Source of the DNA: Bdellovibrionota bacterium
Lineage (GTDB): Bacteria; Bdellovibrionota_C; UBA2361; OMII01
Direction of reading: 5' to 3'
DNA: 64,000 bases
Assembly (NCBI GenBank): GCA_044360195.1
Contig: JBIKKT010000014.1
Coordinates: 919-64,918, forward strand
The stretch's first letter is position 1, and every line of letters begins with the position of its first letter. The translations under genes and the position numbers were made by a program. Below are positions 58,426-64,000 of this stretch, in pieces. The notes beneath the pieces were generated by a model, which was given only the letters and a program-made list of their open reading frames with translations, had not been told where the DNA came from and ran no database searches.

Positions 58426-59817
58426 ATGCTCCCAAAGCCAGCTTTTAAGTACTCCGAAGCTCTCCGTCAGGCTCCCCTGCAGTTCAACGCTACTGAGCAG
58501 ATGGAGCCGACGCCCAGGGCTGCCGAAGCCGTTATAACCTGCCCCGAATGTCTTACGTCGTTCGCCGTAGAGCAGCAGGTGCTTCGGGGTACAAGCAGCC
58601 CAAAGTTCCACTGCTCAAAATGCGACTCAATCTTCTCGGTGGCGCTTACCACCACACCTACAAGAACGGTAGAAAACCCTTTAAGCTCGGCGGAAAACGT
58701 GCCTCAATCCGCGCAAAGAAGAGCCCCTTCAAACCGTATGGGCTACCCTCAAAGCTCAGTTCGAGCATCAGACTTCTCAATCGGCACCAAAGGCCCTGAC
58801 GAGCGCTCATTAAGCTTCTCTGTGCCCCAACATCAAACGCCCGCGCACGAAATCTCGATGACGCCACGCTCCGGAATCTCGCTGCTTGAGGTATCAGGTG
58901 AAGAGCTCGACGGAATGTTTGAAGCTCTGCCATTCGTTAGTGACGAGGCCGTTCCTCTTCCCAACTCCCCACTCGCGGAGAGTGCACCAATCGATAACAG
59001 AGCAAGCGTGACAGAGAAGCTTTTCAGCGGAGGTTTTGAAATAGCTCCTCCAAGCAAACAGCTATCAACACCACAGCAACCGGTACCCCGAGCACAACCT
59101 AAGCCGACGCACGCGAACGAGCCTCGAACCGCTACCACTACTACTAACAATAGACAGGCTCAGCCTGAACGCATCGACGACGAAACATTTAATCAGGCCC
59201 TAGAGGCCCAACGCGGCATTCTTCAAAGGGGATGGCACAAGCTCTCTACTCGCAATCGCAGCCTAATGGTCATGGGAATACCCCTACTACTTACGCTCGG
59301 CTCATTGCTACTACTCACCCCTCTTACAACACTCAGCCCACAGTCGATTGGCGCGCTTATTGAGACCGCAGCGACCTCTATTATCTCGAGCCCCATATCG
59401 CAAACCCCACCAAGCTCGCTTGCAATCAAAAATGCCTCGCTCAGGTTTGTTCGGACCCGATCCAACGAGTCTCTAGCGGTTATTAGCGGAGAACTCGTCA
59501 ACACTTCAAACTCAAAGATATCAGGCGTAAATCTTGAGGCGCTCGTCTTTAATCGACGCGGCGAGATGCTCGCCTCCTCTCGAGCCCAGCTTCACTCGGC
59601 TCTTGCGAAAGAGAACGTTACCGACCTGAACTTAACAACGGTTAGAAAGTTTCAAAATTCTCTCAACGCACGGAGCGCATCTATAGGTGGAGGCGAGACC
59701 GTTCCGTTCACGATCGCCATTTTGAATGAATCTGTATCAGGGGGTAACAGCGAAGATCATCTACTCGACCTCACAAGGGTTAAGTACTTCTCTGCCAGGG
59801 TATTCTCGGTTAACTAA
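58426..59817 (+). CDS. MJ0042-type zinc-ribbon protein with a Pro/Ser-rich linker, one TM helix and a DUF3426-like C-terminal domain
   Basis: ITCPECLTSFAV...FHCSKCDSIFSV is the CxxC...CxxC ribbon. The TM helix is LMVMGIPLLLTLGSLLLLTPL. The start may be the internal Met at about 58501. Confidence 0.6.
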   Translation: MLPKPAFKYSEALRQAPLQFNATEQMEPTPRAAEAVITCPECLTSFAVEQQVLRGTSSPKFHCSKCDSIFSVALTTTPTRTVENPLSSAENVPQSAQRRAPSNRMGYPQSSVRASDFSIGTKGPDERSLSFSVPQHQTPAHEISMTPRSGISLLEVSGEELDGMFEALPFVSDEAVPLPNSPLAESAPIDNRASVTEKLFSGGFEIAPPSKQLSTPQQPVPRAQPKPTHANEPRTATTTTNNRQAQPERIDDETFNQALEAQRGILQRGWHKLSTRNRSLMVMGIPLLLTLGSLLLLTPLTTLSPQSIGALIETAATSIISSPISQTPPSSLAIKNASLRFVRTRSNESLAVISGELVNTSNSKISGVNLEALVFNRRGEMLASSRAQLHSALAKENVTDLNLTTVRKFQNSLNARSASIGGGETVPFTIAILNESVSGGNSEDHLLDLTRVKYFSARVFSVN

Positions 59818-59818
59818 C

Positions 59819-60013
59819 CTAACCTTCCTGCTTTGTGGAGGACTCCTGCTTGTCGTTCTTAGGGGTGATGTCCAGTTCGGTGCCTTCCTTGTAGGAACGC
59901 TTGAAGTTACTGATAGCCTTACCCAACCCAGATCCAAGCTCTGGTAGCCTCTTTGTGCCAAACAAAAGCACTACTACAACTCCTATGACGCCGATCTCCC
60001 ACGGGCTAAGCAT
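59819..60013 (-). CDS. tatA: Twin-arginine translocase subunit TatA/E
   Basis: MLSPWEIGVIGVVVVLLFGTKRLPELGSGLGKAISNFKRSYKEG. I chose the ATG at 60013 because GGAG lies 7 nt upstream. The ORF track extends the frame to 60061. Confidence 0.85.
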   Translation of the reverse strand: MLSPWEIGVIGVVVVLLFGTKRLPELGSGLGKAISNFKRSYKEGTELDITPKNDKQESSTKQEG

Positions 60014-60095
60014 GGTATAACTCCAATTAGGTACAACACGAGCAGATCGCAACTCTGTCACTTACCGTGTTCGTCTGATAACCTTACGCCATCAC

Positions 60096-61187
60096 ATGGC
60101 TATCGGCAAGTCCACCCCCCTCGACCCTTGGCAACATCTTGGGCTCGCTATCTCGCTCTTCCTTCACCTCGTAATCCTAGGGGTAGCACTGCTTTCACCT
60201 AGACCCAAACCTGCCGGCCCTGCCGTTGTTACAGTAACGATAGAACCCCCAACAGTCATCCAAAAGCGCGCGGCGCCTGAGCCGCAGATCGTTTCCCAGC
60301 CGAACAACACGGCAAATAAACCTCCGCCTCCCCAAACCCTTAAACTAGCTGACAAGGATTCAACAACAGAAAGGGAGCAAATTAAACACGGGGCTGAGGG
60401 CGGAAAACCGGGCGAGAGTGCGCCCGATACTCACAAGTCCTCAACTGAAAAAGAAACCACCCGCAGCACCACTAACCCCACAGATTCCCCAGCTCGAAGG
60501 TCGAAACAGCCTGCACCACGACCTGCTCACGCCACAGATTCCCTACCCGCCCCTTCTGGGAGCCAAGCACTTCCGCTAATAAAAGATCTCAAACTTGACG
60601 ATGCAACGCTCCAGCAGCGTTTCGGCTCAACCACATCACAAAACAAGGAGCAGAGGTCGGTTGAACGAACTCAACCTTCCGATTCACAGTATGCTGCGTT
60701 CTCTCGCCCCCCTGGCTCAGGTGCTGCGTTTCTCGGAAACGGTGGGATTAGCGACCACCTCCCACATTTACCCGACGGAGACATTACGCTGCTAAACGCC
60801 AAGGCAAATACATACGCTGGATTTGTGAGGCGAGTCGCTGTTCAGGTTTTTGGGCAGCTACGCGCCCAAGGTTGGGAGAAACTCAGCATGCGCGAGATCC
60901 AAGCCATGACCGATGACGCAACTATTGAAGCAGTACTCTCTCCTGAAGGGAACTTTCTCAGAGCTACCATACTGGAGCGCTCGGGAAGCACCCCGTTTGA
61001 TAGCGTTGTAAAACTCTCAGTGAGTCAGGGCGCACGCGATCCCAACCCGCCACCAGGGGCGCGCGCGGACGACGGTCTGATTCATTTTATCTTTAAAGCT
61101 CGGAGCTGGTCACAGATAGGGACGGACCGCCGCACAGGAGCTGCCGTCGAACACCGTTGGCTCCTTTTGGCTACCGGACTTGAGTAA
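60096..61187 (+). CDS. TonB-like periplasmic protein (N-terminal anchor, Pro-rich spacer, C-terminal globular domain)
   Basis: The anchor is LGLAISLFLHLVILGVALL and the spacer is rich in Pro/Lys/Thr. The C-terminal ~100 aa has a TonB_C-like pattern. The assignment is tentative. Confidence 0.45.
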   Translation: MAIGKSTPLDPWQHLGLAISLFLHLVILGVALLSPRPKPAGPAVVTVTIEPPTVIQKRAAPEPQIVSQPNNTANKPPPPQTLKLADKDSTTEREQIKHGAEGGKPGESAPDTHKSSTEKETTRSTTNPTDSPARRSKQPAPRPAHATDSLPAPSGSQALPLIKDLKLDDATLQQRFGSTTSQNKEQRSVERTQPSDSQYAAFSRPPGSGAAFLGNGGISDHLPHLPDGDITLLNAKANTYAGFVRRVAVQVFGQLRAQGWEKLSMREIQAMTDDATIEAVLSPEGNFLRATILERSGSTPFDSVVKLSVSQGARDPNPPPGARADDGLIHFIFKARSWSQIGTDRRTGAAVEHRWLLLATGLE

Positions 61188-61280
61188 GAGAGCACACTCA
61201 AGTAGCTGAAAACAGGAACACTCAGCCACCTGTTAGTGCACATCTTGTAGAAGAAAAACCATAACTATGTATGATAGAGG

Positions 61281-61844
61281 GTGGGTAAAAGACCGATGAG
61301 TGACCGCGGCCACAATCTGCAGACCGAACCCATGGCGAATGCTGAATCGTTCGACCTCTCGGAGTTGCGTGGCCTGAGAGAGCCGATTCAGCAACTCTCC
61401 GATTGCTCTGTAAATCTCTCGCAAGCATCGATCCCGGGCAACAACATTCACCGCGTCACTTCCGAAAAACGCGGGCGATCCTCATCTGATTCTTTAAAAC
61501 AAGTTTCAGCTCGTGGGCTACTTCCTCCTCGTGTTCTCAAAGCTTTCAGCGCAAGAAATGTTAAGGCTCAGCGAGGTGCTCGTAACGGCATCTTTACCAA
61601 TCCCTACTACCGCTATCATGGAGGGGTCTTTGCTCGGCTTATAACGTTCCTTGCAAACCTCCTTAAGGCTTTCGAACAACTACTGCTCGGAGGAATCCGA
61701 ACAACTCCGGCAACCACCAAGGTGATTGCTCCCCAGTCTCGACAAAAGGTGACCACAGACACAAAAGAGCGAATCGAAAGAGAGCGGCTAATCAAACTTG
61801 AGCAAAAAAAGAAGCGCTTACTAATCCATCGCTCGCAAGATTAG
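61281..61844 (+). CDS. Hypothetical basic protein
   Basis: 187-aa ORF with a non-ATG start in the track. It has no recognisable motif and its 3' end overlaps the convergent gene by 4 nt. Coding status is uncertain. Confidence 0.35.
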   Translation: MGKRPMSDRGHNLQTEPMANAESFDLSELRGLREPIQQLSDCSVNLSQASIPGNNIHRVTSEKRGRSSSDSLKQVSARGLLPPRVLKAFSARNVKAQRGARNGIFTNPYYRYHGGVFARLITFLANLLKAFEQLLLGGIRTTPATTKVIAPQSRQKVTTDTKERIERERLIKLEQKKKRLLIHRSQD

Positions 61845-63082
61845 CCAACGCGCTCTGACGCCGCGGATGCCTGTAGAAGTTCAATCTTCGTTGTAGTCGG
61901 CCCCTGAAACATCCCGCTAATTATTGAGGCAAACAGCCGATGCCCTGCGTCACTGAGCACCCCGCTACAATCGGGCCCAGATGCGATAAAACAGGGATTC
62001 TTATCTCGTGTTAAATCAAGTATTCTTTCCCCCACATCAAACACCTCAATACCACGGGATAAAAGCTCTCGCTTGAGAGACTCGTACACGAACTGCCCAC
62101 GCGCAACACCTAACACAACCTCAAATGGTTCAGGCGCTAGAGCTATGACCGGCTCCTGAGAACGCTGCTTCGCCTCAACAACAAAGCGCTCGATTATACC
62201 GACCGTCACCTGCAGAGCCTTGGATGAATGCGACGGATCGTAAAACTCGAGCCACTCTGGCCTGCGATGCATCCTTGCCTGCAGCTGTTGCGACAGGAGA
62301 AGCTTGCCGACCGCAAATGTATAAGGAAATGTAGCTTCAATGACACCACTTACTCCCCCAGGAAGAAAGTACTCGTAGGGCAGAATCAGCCCAGGAGAAA
62401 GAATCAGCTCAGTCGCTCGCTCCGGTAAGACTCGCGGAGGGGGAACATACGTAAGCAATCCCTCCTCAAAAACGAAGCGCGGTTTCATCTGCAACGCAGT
62501 ATTGGCAGACAGCAGATTTCGAAATTGATTTACATTTCTCCTTATATCACCTGAGAAAAAGGTGAGCACTACAACGGGAGCGATATCAGCTCGATTAATT
62601 GAATATCTCAGGTACGCTTGATCCGTCCCATATCCGGCGACCCCGTAATTTGCGACTCTGCATCCAAGGTGCTGCGATAGCAATGCACTCCATGTCTTCT
62701 CATCTGAAACCTGAGCACCATACGCGAACGTACCTCCGTAAACAGAGATGCAGACCTCGTGAGGAGGCGGAAAAAACGGGTCTACCCTTGCCCCGTGCTC
62801 GTCAAAATCGTGCGCCAAAGCACGTTTTGAAGGCCAACCTAAGATCGGGTCCTGATCGTTTCCAGAATGGGCGAATTGTTGCACAGACGGAGGATGGTAA
62901 AGGAGATTCCGTTGCACCAGTGCCGTTGCCGCACCAAAGGCTATAGCTTCCATGAGCGCAGCGCATGCGCACAGTGCTGCTGCTACTCGTCCGGCGAGAC
63001 GAAAACCACCCCTTACGCTAGTAGAAGAAACCTGGGGCTTGAGCACTCGTAAAATTGTCATCAGGGAGAGGATAGCGCTCAT
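61841..63082 (-). CDS. SGNH/GDSL-like hydrolase or acyltransferase-fold protein with an N-terminal anchor
   Basis: The block-like motifs are ISVYGGTFAYG (block I, with Thr where Ser is expected), NYGVAGYGTDQ (block II) and SDAGHRL (block V, DxxH). The assignment is tentative. Confidence 0.4.
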   Translation of the reverse strand: MSAILSLMTILRVLKPQVSSTSVRGGFRLAGRVAAALCACAALMEAIAFGAATALVQRNLLYHPPSVQQFAHSGNDQDPILGWPSKRALAHDFDEHGARVDPFFPPPHEVCISVYGGTFAYGAQVSDEKTWSALLSQHLGCRVANYGVAGYGTDQAYLRYSINRADIAPVVVLTFFSGDIRRNVNQFRNLLSANTALQMKPRFVFEEGLLTYVPPPRVLPERATELILSPGLILPYEYFLPGGVSGVIEATFPYTFAVGKLLLSQQLQARMHRRPEWLEFYDPSHSSKALQVTVGIIERFVVEAKQRSQEPVIALAPEPFEVVLGVARGQFVYESLKRELLSRGIEVFDVGERILDLTRDKNPCFIASGPDCSGVLSDAGHRLFASIISGMFQGPTTTKIELLQASAASERVG

Positions 63083-63140
63083 TCCGAGACACCCCCCTAA
63101 CGCAGCACAGGGAACCTACTGCTGCTGATGCTACACGACT

Positions 63141-64000
63141 CTAACTCTGCCGCTGAAGCTGTCCGAGATTCAAACCGTGTACCACCAGCAGAAATGCTCC
63201 TATCAGCATCGTTGAAAGGTACGAAATAGCGTGAGCTACTAACGAGAATGCCTGCGAAACCTCAAGGGGATAATGAAAGAGAGCACATGCAGCAACACAT
63301 CCGATTTGAAAAACACCAATAAATCCGGGTGCTGATGGAATAGCTATCGCTAGAGCTACAAAAACTCCAACGACAGCACTCAGAAGTAAAGTTGGCTGAC
63401 CTGGGAACATCAGCAGTATGGCAAAGAATTGAAGGTAAGCTGTTGCCCAGACAATCGCTGTCAGCACAACAACTACGAGCAAGCGCTTCGGTGTTTTTAC
63501 CACTGCGGCTCCATCAATCAGATCACGCACGAAGCCAACGACAAGACGCTCCAGTTTCTCGGGTAGAAATGCTGCCATGCGCTCTACTGTGGATCTGATA
63601 AAAACGGGGAAAAGAGAGCTACAGGCGAGAAATGCCACTAATGCAAGCGCCATTACTCCAAGCGCGTATGCCCCTTTAACAGCTTCATCCGGCACGTGCG
63701 GTAAGAAGGGCACAATCATCGCAAAGGTTAGGAGCACCGCCGAGAGGTCAAAGAATCTCTCAATAACCACCGAGACGAAAGCTGCTGAGAACGAGTAGCT
63801 AGACCACTTCGTCAGTACGAGTGGACGAACAAACTCACCCGCTCGCAGCGGGAGAATGAACGATGCAAAGGCCCCCAACATCATTGAATCAAAGAGAGTC
63901 CGTATCGTGGGAGGATGTTCTGCGGTTGCAGGTAACAGGTAACGCCATCGAAGCGACCGCACAACGAGGTGCAAAGCCAAAAAGAGCGTGAGAGGAATTA
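63141..64000 (-). CDS. Flippase-like / LPG-synthase-TM-type (UPF0104) membrane protein, N-terminus beyond the window edge
   Basis: The frame is open to position 64000. RSLRWRYLL, ILPLRAGEFVRPLVL and multiple hydrophobic helices are present. Confidence 0.6.
   Translation of the reverse strand, partial: IPLTLFLALHLVVRSLRWRYLLPATAEHPPTIRTLFDSMMLGAFASFILPLRAGEFVRPLVLTKWSSYSFSAAFVSVVIERFFDLSAVLLTFAMIVPFLPHVPDEAVKGAYALGVMALALVAFLACSSLFPVFIRSTVERMAAFLPEKLERLVVGFVRDLIDGAAVVKTPKRLLVVVVLTAIVWATAYLQFFAILLMFPGQPTLLLSAVVGVFVALAIAIPSAPGFIGVFQIGCVAACALFHYPLEVSQAFSLVAHAISYLSTMLIGAFLLVVHGLNLGQLQRQS

Overview
This is a bacterial chromosomal window. Gene content points to a Gram-negative-type envelope (Tat, a TonB-like protein, lipobox lipoproteins), but I cannot assign a taxon from the sequence alone. 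There is no rRNA, no CRISPR array and no obvious prophage. The window falls into five blocks.

(1) 1-18.3 kb is a plus-strand locus built around a 2952-aa cyclic beta-1,2-glucan synthase (NdvB/Cgs type). Upstream are two translationally coupled ABC exporters from different families and a 902-aa exported helical protein. Downstream are a DUF6428 protein, a polytopic membrane protein and an SDR epimerase fused to a PAS domain.

(2) 18.5-30.3 kb holds a lipoprotein, an ABC ATPase with an odd polytopic partner, and a compact orphan histidine-kinase-like protein. It then runs into housekeeping genes: a DTW-domain protein, uvrB, a Leu-type amino-acid dehydrogenase, tRNA-Leu(CAG) and an ALDH7-like aldehyde dehydrogenase.

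(3) 30.3-49.0 kb looks accessory or mosaic, and I consider it the best place to look for an undescribed system. It contains:
- an 0.8-kb gap with no convincing ORF;
- an exported protein pair;
- a visibly AT-richer 1112-aa SF2 helicase with a repeat-containing C-terminus;
- an intact DDE (rve) transposase gene;
- two paralogous cassettes of small unknown or anchored proteins, each ending in a single-chain double Lrp/AsnC regulator;
- an IS91-like transposase remnant;
- an opposite-strand operon with a frameshifted third copy of one cassette gene, a 466-aa unknown protein, a non-canonical J-domain protein and a Pro-rich protein.

(4) 49.1-53.9 kb holds envelope-modification genes (a flippase-like membrane protein, two methyltransferases, a GT2) and a sigma-70 family factor.

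(5) 53.9-64 kb starts with a 52-bp tandem repeat next to an initiator-like tRNA-Met. It continues with rlmB-like/scpA/scpB/rluB, an MJ0042 zinc-ribbon protein, tatA, a TonB-like protein, an SGNH-like protein and a second flippase-like protein that is cut by the window edge.

All functional calls come from motif recognition by eye on the supplied translations. No database search was run.
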